Source: an uncultured delta proteobacterium | GTDB lineage: Bacteria > Myxococcota_A > Polyangia > Polyangiales > JAFGIB01 | Direction: 5' to 3' | DNA length: 64,000 bases | NCBI GenBank assembly: GCA_963778655.1 | Contig: CAVZVA010000010.1 | Coordinates: 384,001 to 448,000, forward strand | Part shown: piece by piece, positions 41,038 through 50,527 of the stretch | Layout of the letters: the number at the start of each line of letters is the position of its first letter | Numbering within the stretch: the stretch's first letter is position 1 | Notes under the pieces: model-generated | What the model saw: only the letters and a program-made list of their open reading frames with translations | Told to the model about the DNA's origin: nothing | Databases searched by the model: none | Translations under genes and position numbers: made by a program

Positions 41038-42063
41038 CTACCCGCGCGCGGGCTGCTTGTCCGGGTGCTCCTTCACGATCTTCTCCACGCGGTCGAAGAT
41101 CTCTCGGCTGTAGCTGCGGCCGATCAGACCTTCGGCGATCTTGCGGCCCACGTCACGCCAGACCTTGGGGTCGTCGAAGTCGATCGCCTGGTAGCCGCGG
41201 TGCAGCAGCCGGTCGTATACGCGGACGTCGTCCTGGCGCGAGTCCTTGCGATTCTTCTCGAACTGCTCGCCCATCACCTTGGCGACTGCGTCCTGATCGG
41301 CCTTGCTGAAGCCATCCCACATCGGACGCCGCAGCAGGAACGCCCCCTGAATCACCGCGACCGGCATCGAAGAGACGAACTTGGTCTTGCTGGCCCACAT
41401 CAGCTGCGCGCCGAGCACGGGCGAGATCCAGACCACGTCGAGCATGTTGGTGGTGAGGCCGCTGTAGACCTCGCTCAGATCCACCGGGATGCCGGTGGCG
41501 TGGATCATCTTGTAGAACTCGCGCAGGGGCGCGTTCTCCGGGTACAGCCAGGGGCGCGCGTGGCGCAGGTCCTCGAAGTTGCGGATCGGCTTCTTGCTGA
41601 AGATGCGGGCTTGGCCGAGATCCCACCAGCCGAGAACCTTGAAGCCGTTGTTGTAAGCCTCGGGGTCGAACTCGGGCGCCAGCGCAGCGCGCACCGCGTC
41701 GACCTGCTCCCAGTTGGTGAACGTCTGAGGCATCATCAACACGGTGCACTGATGCACGACCTGGGTCACCACGTCGACGCCCAGCGGCGCGGCGTCGATC
41801 TGGCCGGCGCGCATCTTGCGCATCGCGGTCTTGTCGTCACCCGCGGTGCCGCCGTAGTAGAAGCGCAGCTGAATGCGGCCGTTGGTCTCCTCGGCCAGGC
41901 GCTTGTTGGTGCGCTTTTCTTGCAGGCTTAGCTGCGGGGTTCGGGTCTGAATGGTCGAGATCTTGATCACGACCTTGGACTGATCTTCGGCCCGGAGCTT
42001 CGCGCTGCCGGGCATCGCCAGCAGAAACGCGGACATCAGGATTGTGCACAGCGACGCTCGCAT
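41038..42063 (-). CDS. dctP: TRAP transporter solute-binding protein (DctP/TatP-like)
   Basis: ATG 42063 after GGAGGAG; signal peptide; TNGRIQLRFYYGG.AGDD; GQID; EVYSGL...MLD. Confidence 0.85.
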   Translation of the reverse strand: MRASLCTILMSAFLLAMPGSAKLRAEDQSKVVIKISTIQTRTPQLSLQEKRTNKRLAEETNGRIQLRFYYGGTAGDDKTAMRKMRAGQIDAAPLGVDVVTQVVHQCTVLMMPQTFTNWEQVDAVRAALAPEFDPEAYNNGFKVLGWWDLGQARIFSKKPIRNFEDLRHARPWLYPENAPLREFYKMIHATGIPVDLSEVYSGLTTNMLDVVWISPVLGAQLMWASKTKFVSSMPVAVIQGAFLLRRPMWDGFSKADQDAVAKVMGEQFEKNRKDSRQDDVRVYDRLLHRGYQAIDFDDPKVWRDVGRKIAEGLIGRSYSREIFDRVEKIVKEHPDKQPARG

Positions 42064-42310
42064 CGACTCCTCCTTAAAGGCACTACCGGATGAAACTCCC
42101 TGGGACCGCAGAGACTCGGCTCCGACCCGCCGTGTACCCGATCCCCGAATACCTGCCAACACCTTAGAGGCAAAAGACCGACACTGCCACCTGAGAGCTC
42201 GGTCGTCGGCGGTAGGTCCTGGGGCCACAGACGCGGCCGGGTCGCGATCGATTCACCGGGCGTGCTTCCCGGCTTCCCCAAAAACCCAGCTTTGGCGCCC
42301 GCGCGCGCAT

Positions 42311-42493
42311 TCAGCTTTCGGCCGCTGCGCTGACCTCGTACCCGTCCAGCTCCTCTGAAAACGTGGCGTAGATGCGATTGGGCCGGCAGCATACCGGACA
42401 GTCCTCGATGTACTGCTGCGTCAGACCCCCGCCCGGATCGGGATCGGTGTCGACTTCTTCACCGCAGTGCGGACAGCGGTAGAACGAGGCCAT
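42311..42493 (-). CDS. CPXCG-motif cysteine-rich small protein
   Basis: CPHCGE...QQYIEDCPVCCRP. Confidence 0.9.
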   Translation of the reverse strand: MASFYRCPHCGEEVDTDPDPGGGLTQQYIEDCPVCCRPNRIYATFSEELDGYEVSAAAES

Positions 42494-42682
42494 GGCTCCG
42501 CAGCAAGCATAGAGCGCATTGCGCGAAGCGCTCAATGCGGCATCCGCGGGCAAACACGCAGCTGGACGTCCCGGGCGCCGTTCTGCGACTTCGCTCACAC
42601 TTGAGCGGGCCTCGGCTCTATGTTGCGACGGCTCGAATTCGGAGCAGTATTGCCTCGTAGTACCTAGCGGCGAGCTTCGGAC

Positions 42683-44332
42683 ATGGGCCACTCCCAGCCA
42701 CGCGATGAGCCGCACGCGCGCGGCGTACACGAGGCGCTACAGCGGGGCCGCGCCGACTACGCGGCGCAGCGCTGGGTCAGCGCCTACGAGGCGTTCAGCT
42801 GCGCGGACGCCGCGGACCCGCTCGCGCGCCCCGACCTCGAGCAGCTGGCCTGGTCTGCGGCCTTGTCGGGCCGCGACCGAGAGATGCTCAAGCTGCTCGA
42901 GCGCCTCTATCATGCGCAGCTCGCGGCAACCGAGCAGCTGCCCGCCGCGCGTTCGGCATTTTGGCTCGGCATGCGGCTGTCCGCGCTCGGCGACCTGGGG
43001 CGTGCCAGCGGTTGGCTGGCGCGCGCGCAGCGACTGGTCGCGGGCGCGGGAAGCGAATGCGTGGAGCAGGGCTATCTGCTGTTGCCCGTGGTGCATCGGC
43101 AGCTGGCGGCCGGCGAGCACGACGCGGCCTGCGCAACGGCGGCCGAAGCGGCCACGATCGGCCTGCGCTTCGGCGAGACCGACTTGATCGCGCTGGCGCG
43201 CAACCTGAACGGACGCGCCCTGCTCAAGCGAGGGGATGTGGAGCGCGGCCTCGCGCTGCTCGATGAGGCCATGCTGGCCGTGACCGCGGGCGAGCTGTCG
43301 CCGCTCGTCACGGGCCTGATCTATTGCAACACGATCGCCGGTTGCCACCAGGTCTACGCGCTGGAGCGCGCGCGCGAGTGGACATCGGCGCTCAGCGACT
43401 GGTGCGCGGAGCGGCCCGAGCTGCTGACCTTCGCGGGAACGTGCCTGGTCCACCGCGCGGAGATCATGCAGCTCGGCGGCGACTGGCGTGAGGCGATCGA
43501 GACCGCGCAGGCTGTGAGCCACCCGGAGGCGCGTGCAGACGGACTGTACCAGCAGGCGGAGATCCATCGCCTGCGCGGCCAGCTCGCGCAGGCCGAACGC
43601 GCCTACCGCAGCGCGAGCGAGCACGGGCGCGAGCCGCAACCCGGGCTCGCGCTGCTGCGTCTCGCGCAGGGACGCGTGGACGCGGCCGCGGCCGCGATCC
43701 GCCGCGTCCTCGGCACCACCTCGGATCGACTCAAACGCGTGTGCTTCTTACCGGCCTGCCTCGAGATCATGCTCGCGGCCGGCTCTCCGGACGAAGCGCG
43801 GGCAGCCTGTCTGGAGCTGGAAGAGGTCGCGGCCTGCTACGGCACCGACGTGCTGGGTGCGCTCGCCGGCCACGCGCGTGGTGCCCTGCTGCTTTCGGAA
43901 GGCGACGCGCAAGCCGCGCTGCGCCCGTTGCGGGAGGCGTTCGTGGTGTGGCAGCGGGTGGGCGCGCCGTACCTCGCGGCACGGCTGCGGGTGACGCTTG
44001 CGCGGGCCAACCGCGCGTTGGGCGACCAGGACGGCTGCGCGCTCGAGCTCGAAGCCGCGCGCGCGGTGTTCGAGCGGCTCGGCGCGACGCCCGATGTCGC
44101 ACGCATCGACGCAGAGCGTGCGGGCGGCGCGGGACGCGCACACGGCCTGAGCGCGCGCGAGCTGCAAGTGCTGAAGCTCGTGGCCGCCGGCAAGACCAAC
44201 AAGGCGATCGCCAGCGAGCTTCACCTGAGCGAAAAGACGGTGGACCGCCATCTGAGCAACATCTTCACCAAGCTCGACGTCGCCTCGCGCACGGCCGCCA
44301 CGGCGTACGCCTACGAGCGGGGATTGGTCTGA
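42683..44332 (+). CDS. LuxR-family transcriptional regulator with TPR-like sensor region
   Basis: C-terminal LSARELQVL.LVA.G.TNK.IA.EL.LSEKTV.RH.SNIF.KL; long helical N-terminus. Confidence 0.92.
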   Translation: MGHSQPRDEPHARGVHEALQRGRADYAAQRWVSAYEAFSCADAADPLARPDLEQLAWSAALSGRDREMLKLLERLYHAQLAATEQLPAARSAFWLGMRLSALGDLGRASGWLARAQRLVAGAGSECVEQGYLLLPVVHRQLAAGEHDAACATAAEAATIGLRFGETDLIALARNLNGRALLKRGDVERGLALLDEAMLAVTAGELSPLVTGLIYCNTIAGCHQVYALERAREWTSALSDWCAERPELLTFAGTCLVHRAEIMQLGGDWREAIETAQAVSHPEARADGLYQQAEIHRLRGQLAQAERAYRSASEHGREPQPGLALLRLAQGRVDAAAAAIRRVLGTTSDRLKRVCFLPACLEIMLAAGSPDEARAACLELEEVAACYGTDVLGALAGHARGALLLSEGDAQAALRPLREAFVVWQRVGAPYLAARLRVTLARANRALGDQDGCALELEAARAVFERLGATPDVARIDAERAGGAGRAHGLSARELQVLKLVAAGKTNKAIASELHLSEKTVDRHLSNIFTKLDVASRTAATAYAYERGLV

Positions 44333-44360
44333 CCCGACTCCGAAGCCACCGGCGCCCGCG

Positions 44361-44376
44361 TGGGTGAAACCACCCA
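44361..44376. promoter_or_regulatory. Palindromic operator candidate for the adjacent LuxR regulator
   Basis: TGGGTG-AAAC-CACCCA between luxR and the monooxygenase gene. Confidence 0.45.
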
Positions 44377-44489
44377 TGCCCGCGCGCCGTGAAATTGGGG
44401 AATTGCCCTGAAGCGCGAGCGGGCTCCGGGGCGCCAGGCTCTTCTTCGAACGCCCCCGCTGCGGGCGGGGAAACCCACGAGGAGGAGCG

Positions 44490-45737
44490 ATGACCAAGCA
44501 AGCACGAATCCAGTCCCCCACCGGGCCGCTGATCGAGGAGGGCACCGCGTTCATGCGACTGGCCGGCTTCGACGGGAGCCTACACGCGGGGGCGGCGGCC
44601 GCCGCCTCCGACGCCTCCGCGCGTTCTGCGCAGCCGCAGCCCGAGCACGCGCGCTACGACGTGATCGTGATCGGGGGCGGCCAGGCCGGGCTGTCGGTCG
44701 GCTACTACCTGGCGCGGCGCGGCCTGCGCTTCGTGATCCTCGACGCGTGCGCGCGCATCGGCGACAGCTGGCGCTCGCGCTGGGACTCGTTGCGCCTGTT
44801 CACGCCGGCGCGCTTCGATGCGTTGGTGGGGCTGCCCTTCCCGGCGCCGCCCGACTCGTTTCCGACCAAGGACCAGATGGGCGACTACCTGGAGCGCTAC
44901 GCTGCGCACTTTCGCCTGCCGGTGCGCAGCGGCGTGCGGGTCGAGCGCCTGTTCATGCGGGACGGACGCTACGTGGTGCGGGCCGGCGAGCTCGAGCTGC
45001 AGGCCGACCAGGTGGTGGTCGCGATGGCCAGCTACCAGCAGCGTCGCGTGCCGGCATTCGCCGCGCAGCTGCGCCCGGACATCGCGCAGCTGCACTCGAG
45101 CCAGTACCGCAACCCGGCGCAGCTGCGGCCCGGCGCGGTGCTGCTCGCGGGCGCCGGCAACTCGGGCGCCGAGATCGCGGTGGAGCTGGCGAGCGCGCAT
45201 CCGACCTGGCTCGCGGGCAGAGACACCGGCCACGTTCCGTTCCGCATCAGCAGCTGGCTGGGGCGCACGTTGCTGGTGCGACTGGTGCTGCGGGTGCTGT
45301 TCCACCGGGTGATGACCGTACGCACGCCCATCGGCCGCAAGCTGCGAGCCAACGCGCTCGCGCACGGTGGTCCGCTGATCCGCACCAGGCCCCAGGAGCT
45401 CGCGGCCGCCGGCGTCCAGCGAGCACCGCGCGTCGAAGGCGTACGCGACGGGCTGCCGCTGCTCGAGGACGGCCGCACGCTCGAGGTGAGCAACGTCGTC
45501 TGGTGCACCGGCTTCGACCCGGGATTCTCGTGGATCGAGCTGCCGATCTTCGACGCTCACGGCGAGCCCTTGCACGACTCAGGCGTGGCCATGCGCGCGC
45601 CGGGCCTGTACTTCGTCGGCCTGCACTTTCTCTATGCGATGTCGTCGACGATGATCCACGGCGTCGGCAGGGACGCCGAGCGCATCGTCGACGCGCTCGC
45701 ACACCGGGTGCGGAAGCCGGCCGGGCAACCGCGATGA
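44490..45737 (+). CDS. Flavin-containing monooxygenase (CzcO-like NAD(P)/FAD oxidoreductase)
   Basis: GAGGAGG RBS; VIGGGQAG; W..RWDSL.LFTP; LHSSQY; GAGNSG; WCTGF; GLYFVG. Confidence 0.9.
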   Translation: MTKQARIQSPTGPLIEEGTAFMRLAGFDGSLHAGAAAAASDASARSAQPQPEHARYDVIVIGGGQAGLSVGYYLARRGLRFVILDACARIGDSWRSRWDSLRLFTPARFDALVGLPFPAPPDSFPTKDQMGDYLERYAAHFRLPVRSGVRVERLFMRDGRYVVRAGELELQADQVVVAMASYQQRRVPAFAAQLRPDIAQLHSSQYRNPAQLRPGAVLLAGAGNSGAEIAVELASAHPTWLAGRDTGHVPFRISSWLGRTLLVRLVLRVLFHRVMTVRTPIGRKLRANALAHGGPLIRTRPQELAAAGVQRAPRVEGVRDGLPLLEDGRTLEVSNVVWCTGFDPGFSWIELPIFDAHGEPLHDSGVAMRAPGLYFVGLHFLYAMSSTMIHGVGRDAERIVDALAHRVRKPAGQPR

Positions 45738-45783
45738 CCGACGGCGGGACGCGCGCGCCTTGCGGCGGGCGCGTCCCGGAAGG

Positions 45784-46386
45784 TCACATGCCGGCGTCCA
45801 TGTCCATGTTTTCGATCGGCGTGCCGTCGCAGTGCATGGGATCGGGGATCGTGAAGGCGCCGCCGCCGCCGCCGAAGTTACCGAACATCATCTTGATCGT
45901 GCCGAGATCGATGCAGCCGCCGCCCTGCAACGCGCCGCTGATGCCGCACAGGTTGTCCGCGGTGCAGCATGGCGCGGCGATGCCGCCGAAGGCGCTCGGG
46001 CAACGGTTGTCGACCGGAGGCGGCGCTTGGCACTGCATCGTCGACGTCGAGATGGTGCCGCAGGTGCTGGTCGTTTCGTCGGCGCAGCAGACCTGCGCGA
46101 ACATGGGTCCGAAGCCGCCCATCATCGAGCCCGCGACCGCGCCCGCACACATGGTGTCGCCGCAGGGCACGTTCATCACGACCGCACCCGTCATGCCGCC
46201 GGTGCCCATGGTGGTGCCGCCGGTGCCCATGGTGGTGCCGCCGGTGCCGCCCGTGCTCATGTCCGTACCGCCAGTGCCGGCCGTATCCCCGGTCGGGCCC
46301 GTGTCCTTGCTCTTGCTGCAGCCCGCCAGGCTCAAACCAATCGCCACGACTGCAACGCACCAGATTCGCTTATCCATCACGACCAT
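45784..46386 (-). CDS. Cys/Met/Gly-rich lipoprotein
   Basis: LAGC lipobox; 21-bp repeats encoding GTGGTTM; about 12 Cys including CC pairs. Confidence 0.78.
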   Translation of the reverse strand: MVVMDKRIWCVAVVAIGLSLAGCSKSKDTGPTGDTAGTGGTDMSTGGTGGTTMGTGGTTMGTGGMTGAVVMNVPCGDTMCAGAVAGSMMGGFGPMFAQVCCADETTSTCGTISTSTMQCQAPPPVDNRCPSAFGGIAAPCCTADNLCGISGALQGGGCIDLGTIKMMFGNFGGGGGAFTIPDPMHCDGTPIENMDMDAGM

Positions 46387-46635
46387 CCTCTTGAGAGTGC
46401 ACCCTTTGTGCGGGCGGCAGGTACGCGAGCTACCTACGCGCGCCCATTCTTGGGCGACTTTCGGCTGATTGTAGACGAAAACGCAAGTGGGCAGGCGGGC
46501 GAATCCGGTGGGGGCGAAGGCGCGCAGCTTGTGACTCTTCCCCAGACAGGGACATCACGCGGATGCGAGCAAACACGCGCATTGCTTTGTCTCAGTAGGC
46601 GATGGTAGGTTCCGGAAGGTTTTTGCCGGAGGACG

Positions 46636-47481
46636 ATGGTGATGGTGGTTTTGCGGAGGAATTCTGCTTTCGCGGTCGCGCTGCTCGGCGCCGCGCTGTG
46701 TGCGTGTGCGAGCAAGTCGAACGGCGGCAGCACCGACAACGGTGGTGCGGGTACATCCGGCACGGCCGGCACCGGCACGCCGCCTGCGGGCGGCGCTTCG
46801 AACGTCAACGACACCAACCCGGTAGGGACGGATCTGCAGATCGCGTTCAACCCGATGTACTCGGGCTACGACGGGGTCCGTACCTTCAAGATCCCGGCGA
46901 TCGTGCCCGGGCTGACCAACGTGAGCTGGTCGGCGTCGGACGTGTCGTACGTCTCGCTCGAGAACGATCCCACCACTGGCGGCGTGCTGATCACCACCAA
47001 GAAGGCGGGCACGGTCAAGATCATCGCGCGCAACAACGGCCTGAGCGGCTCGGCCGATCTGACCATCACCGCGTACGACCCGGCGGACTGCCAGGCGGGC
47101 GACGACCGCTACAACAACGACAAGGGTCTCGACGGCGGCTCGTTCTTCCAGGTGTTCAGCGCCGACACGCCCAAGGACGTGTCCTGCCACAGCTGCCACG
47201 GCGACAGCGCCCAGTTCCTCTCGGTGCAGCACACGCCCCAGCAGACCGGCGGCTGGACCGACGATGACCTGATCAACATCTTCACCAAGGGCTTCAAGCC
47301 CAACGGCAGCGTGTTCGTGACCATGACGCCGCCGCAGCTCTATCAGATGTTCCATCAGTGGCAGGTGACCGAACAGGAGAAGACCGGCATCGTCTGCTAC
47401 CTGCGCTCGCTCGAGCCCAAGACCCAGGGCGCGCTCGACTTCCAGGGCCTGATGCCGGGCGGCACGGCAGCCGGCCACTGA
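46636..47481 (+). CDS. Lipoprotein with Ig-like domain and c-type heme motif
   Basis: Lipobox LCAC; Big-like segment (VSWSASD...AGTVKIIA); CHSCH at 47185-47199; YLRSL C-terminal helix typical of class I cytochrome c. Confidence 0.8.
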   Translation: MVMVVLRRNSAFAVALLGAALCACASKSNGGSTDNGGAGTSGTAGTGTPPAGGASNVNDTNPVGTDLQIAFNPMYSGYDGVRTFKIPAIVPGLTNVSWSASDVSYVSLENDPTTGGVLITTKKAGTVKIIARNNGLSGSADLTITAYDPADCQAGDDRYNNDKGLDGGSFFQVFSADTPKDVSCHSCHGDSAQFLSVQHTPQQTGGWTDDDLINIFTKGFKPNGSVFVTMTPPQLYQMFHQWQVTEQEKTGIVCYLRSLEPKTQGALDFQGLMPGGTAAGH

Positions 47482-47591
47482 GCCGGCCGGGACTGTGTCG
47501 CAGGCTGCCCGCTCGGCGCAGCCGGGGGCTGACTTTGGCCGCCCGGCCGCGTTGACGGGGCGCGCCCGCTGTCCTATTGCAAATGGCGAGT

Positions 47592-48671
47592 ATGACACGG
47601 CGGCTAGGCACCCTGCTCTTCGTGGCATTGCCCCTGCTAGGCTGCGCTGTTGCGCACGACGTCGATGGCGCCGGCGGGAGCACGACCAGCGGCGCTGTGG
47701 TCAACGCGAAGCAGGAGCTCGCGTGCGAGCACGACGGCGTGGATTCGCTGACCGGGCTGCCCGACCATCTCGAGTGCACGGGCCTGTACGCCGACATCGT
47801 GAGCAAGACGCCCGCCGAGGGCGTCGAGCCGTACAGCCCGGCGGTGTGGCTGTGGTCCGACGGCGCGGACAAGCACCGCTGGATCTCGCTGCCCGAGGGC
47901 ACCAAGATCGACGCCTCCTCGCCCAACGACTGGGTCTTCCCGGTGGGCACGAAGCTCTTCAAGGAGTTCGCTGTCGCCGGGCACCGCATCGAGACGCGCT
48001 TGTTCGAAAAGCAGAGCGATCGCTGGGTGCGCACGACCTACGCATGGAACGCGGACGAGACCAGCGCCACGCGCTCGGACGGCGGCGACATCACCATCGC
48101 AGGCGGCCAGCCCTATCACCTGCCGACGGCCAAGGAATGCGACGAGTGCCACCAGGGGCGCAAGGATCGCGCGCTCGGCTTCGAGCAGATCCTGCTCGGA
48201 CTAGACGGCGCAACCGGCATGAACCTGGCCAAGCTCGCGCAGAAGAAGCTGATCGAGCCGGTGCCCGCTCAGCTGAACCTGCAAGTCGCCGACGACGGCA
48301 CCGGCAATGCGGTGGAAGTGCTCAGCTGGATGCACGTCAACTGCGGCGTGAGCTGCCACAACGCAAATCCCAATGCCGCGGGCCACTCGACCAAGCTGCA
48401 CCTGAAGCTCGACGTCGACCAGCTCGACGGTAGCTCCGCGACCGAGTACGAGACGCTGACCACGACCATCAACGTGGCGGCTACCACCCCGCGCTGGGGC
48501 GGCAAGATCCGCATCGTCCCGGGCTCGCCCGAGAACAGCCTGCTCTACCAGCTGGCGAGCAACCGCGGCGGCGGCGAGAACGATCAGATGCCCCCGATCG
48601 CCACCACCATCGTCGATCCGACGATCATCAGCAAGCTGGCGACCTGGATCCGCAGCCTCCCCACCCAGTAG
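47592..48671 (+). CDS. Diheme c-type cytochrome lipoprotein (SO2930-like)
   Basis: LLGC lipobox; LWSDGA.K.RWI.LP; FPVGT...KEF; IETR; CDECH and CGVSCH; IVPGSPENS; MPP. Confidence 0.82.
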   Translation: MTRRLGTLLFVALPLLGCAVAHDVDGAGGSTTSGAVVNAKQELACEHDGVDSLTGLPDHLECTGLYADIVSKTPAEGVEPYSPAVWLWSDGADKHRWISLPEGTKIDASSPNDWVFPVGTKLFKEFAVAGHRIETRLFEKQSDRWVRTTYAWNADETSATRSDGGDITIAGGQPYHLPTAKECDECHQGRKDRALGFEQILLGLDGATGMNLAKLAQKKLIEPVPAQLNLQVADDGTGNAVEVLSWMHVNCGVSCHNANPNAAGHSTKLHLKLDVDQLDGSSATEYETLTTTINVAATTPRWGGKIRIVPGSPENSLLYQLASNRGGGENDQMPPIATTIVDPTIISKLATWIRSLPTQ

Positions 48672-48690
48672 CCGCCGCGAGTTGCGCTCG

Positions 48691-48821
48691 TAGTTTCGGC
48701 GCAGCAGGGTCCAGGAGCGAGCGCCCCCGCAGGGCCGGACCGAGGAGGTAAGTCGCTCCTGGACGCCGCAGGGCCGGACCGAGGAGGTAAGTCGCTCCTG
48801 GACGCTGCTGCGCCGAAGCTA
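48691..48821. mobile_element. MITE-like element with 30-bp terminal inverted repeats and an internal 39-bp duplication
   Basis: TAGTTTCGGCGCAGCAGGGTCCAGGAGCGA ... TCGCTCCTGGACGCTGCTGCGCCGAAGCTA (28/30 complementary); direct repeat 48727-48765 / 48766-48804. Confidence 0.6.
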
Positions 48822-49028
48822 ATTGCAGCCGCAGCCGCCGCCGGATGCGCCGACCGCGCCGCCCGAGCCTTCGCGGTACTCGGTGGCGTGCTCCTCGCCG
48901 GCGGCGAGGTCGCCGTTACGCTCCAGCTGCATGTCGGGGCGCGCCAGTGTCTCGCGCTGGTAAGGCGCCACCGTCGCGCACGCGCTGCAACCGAGCACCA
49001 CGACGACGAGGACGGTCCAGATGCGCAT
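48819..49028 (-). CDS. DUF4266-family small lipoprotein
   Basis: AAGGAG RBS; CATVAPYQRETLA..DM; H...YREG; terminal GGGCGCN. Confidence 0.9.
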   Translation of the reverse strand: MRIWTVLVVVVLGCSACATVAPYQRETLARPDMQLERNGDLAAGEEHATEYREGSGGAVGASGGGCGCN

Positions 49029-49040
49029 GGCAGGCTCCTT

Positions 49041-49532
49041 TCAGTGGCCGGTGCTCGCGGCCGGCGCGGTGCTGCCGCCGAGCACCCAGCGCGCGATCAC
49101 GAGGTAACCTTGGTCGTTGACCGTGCGGTAGAGGTTGCGGCCGAAGCTGTCGGCGCCCAGATGCCCGGCGCCGCCGGCCTCGACCGCGAGCGGCTTGCGC
49201 AACAGCAGCGAGCGGCTCGGGTCGTGCGGGTCGATCATGGACAGCGCGGACTGAAAGCTGTGCGTGGCCTCATCCGCGGTGAGCCCGTCGAATTCGCGCG
49301 TGGTCGTTGGATCGAAGCGCACCCGCCCCGGGCCCCACACGCGCAGGAAGCGCTGGCTCGAGCCGTGGCAGGTCGGAAAGCCGCAGTCGCGGATCAACAC
49401 GGGCAGCACATCGGCGCGGAACTCTGTGAAGTTACGCGAGGGCTTCTGCCAGCCCTCATCCTTGTGATCGCAGCCGGCACCGGCACAACCGAGCGCGGAC
49501 ACGAGCAGCAGCATGTGGAAGCGCCTGCTCAT
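49041..49532 (-). CDS. Lipoprotein with atypical CX4CH heme-like motif
   Basis: ATG 49532 (ATGA overlap); F..DV.PVL.RDCGFPTCHG; SLLLRKP...GH.G, a planctomycete-cytochrome-like layout. Confidence 0.72.
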   Translation of the reverse strand: MSRRFHMLLLVSALGCAGAGCDHKDEGWQKPSRNFTEFRADVLPVLIRDCGFPTCHGSSQRFLRVWGPGRVRFDPTTTREFDGLTADEATHSFQSALSMIDPHDPSRSLLLRKPLAVEAGGAGHLGADSFGRNLYRTVNDQGYLVIARWVLGGSTAPAASTGH

Positions 49533-50527
49533 AGGGCCCCCGAGACGCGCAGCGTGGCGAAGCGCTCGACGTCGGTGAAGATGGGACCCGCGTTCTCGCT
49601 GGAGGCGAAGGCGTGGGATTCGCGGTAGCAGAGCTCGAGCCTGAATACGGGCCCGAGCCGGGCCTGCAGCCGGGCTTCGCCGCCGACCGCGGCGCCCTGC
49701 GCGGCCACGCCTTCGACCCGTAGCGCGTGATCCACGGCCACGATCCATTGCAGCTCCGGGCCGAAACGCAAGCGCAGCACGCCAGCCAGCGGCAGCACCA
49801 GCTCGGCGCGCAGCTGGGGGCCGAGCAAGCTGTAGCCGACCAGCGGTTGCTCGTGCACGGTGGGCCAGAAGGTCCGGACGCCCACCCCGATCGGAAACGC
49901 GAGCGACGGGGCCGACTCGCCATCGCCCAAGCGAAACGCCGGCGCCGCGCTCAGCTCCGCGCGCTCGGCGCGCGCGCTCACCTGATTCGGCAAGGCGAAC
50001 GGCGGCAGCTGGCGTACGTGCAGCCCGATCGAGCTCTGATAGCGCAGCAGCAGCTCCAGCGAGAAGCGCCGCGCAGGCCAGACCGAGACGCCCAACCCGA
50101 CCTCCGCCGCGGGGAAGAACGCGGTGGGCAGCTGCTGGCCGGTGGCCATCTGGGTCGGCCTGCGGAAGGCGCGCGTGCCGAAGCCGAAGCCCACGAACGG
50201 CTCGACCACCACCTGCGGCCCCGGCGCGACAGCCGGCGGCGCGGATTCGGCCGGCGCCTGCGGCGGGGCCGGGGTGGGCTCGGCGGCTGGCGCGGATTCG
50301 GGCTGCTCGTCCGTGGACGCCGTCGCGTCGCCCTCTTCGTCGGCGCGGTCGGCCGCCGCGGACGCCGCGGCGCGCTGCGCCCAGACGCTGCCCGGCGCCA
50401 GCCCCAGCAGCAGCGGCAGCAGCAGCCAGGCCGCGAGCGGCCCGCGCTCGAGGCTCCGCCGGCCGCGCAGCAGGACGGGCCCGCGGGGAACGTCCCCGCC
50501 GGAGCGTTGCTGGAGGCCCGCGCTCAT
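49529..50527 (-). CDS. Exported hypothetical protein, predicted outer-membrane beta-barrel
   Basis: Signal peptide (VWA-Q); Pro/Ala linker; alternating amphipathic strands to the C-terminus; coupled to both neighbours. Confidence 0.65.
   Translation of the reverse strand: MSAGLQQRSGGDVPRGPVLLRGRRSLERGPLAAWLLLPLLLGLAPGSVWAQRAAASAAADRADEEGDATASTDEQPESAPAAEPTPAPPQAPAESAPPAVAPGPQVVVEPFVGFGFGTRAFRRPTQMATGQQLPTAFFPAAEVGLGVSVWPARRFSLELLLRYQSSIGLHVRQLPPFALPNQVSARAERAELSAAPAFRLGDGESAPSLAFPIGVGVRTFWPTVHEQPLVGYSLLGPQLRAELVLPLAGVLRLRFGPELQWIVAVDHALRVEGVAAQGAAVGGEARLQARLGPVFRLELCYRESHAFASSENAGPIFTDVERFATLRVSGAL

Noticed and set aside
42262..42280. Additional copy of the 8-mer palindrome family (cttcccggcttcccc)
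   Set aside because: Only two partial 8-mers and no matching opposite arm; may be chance.
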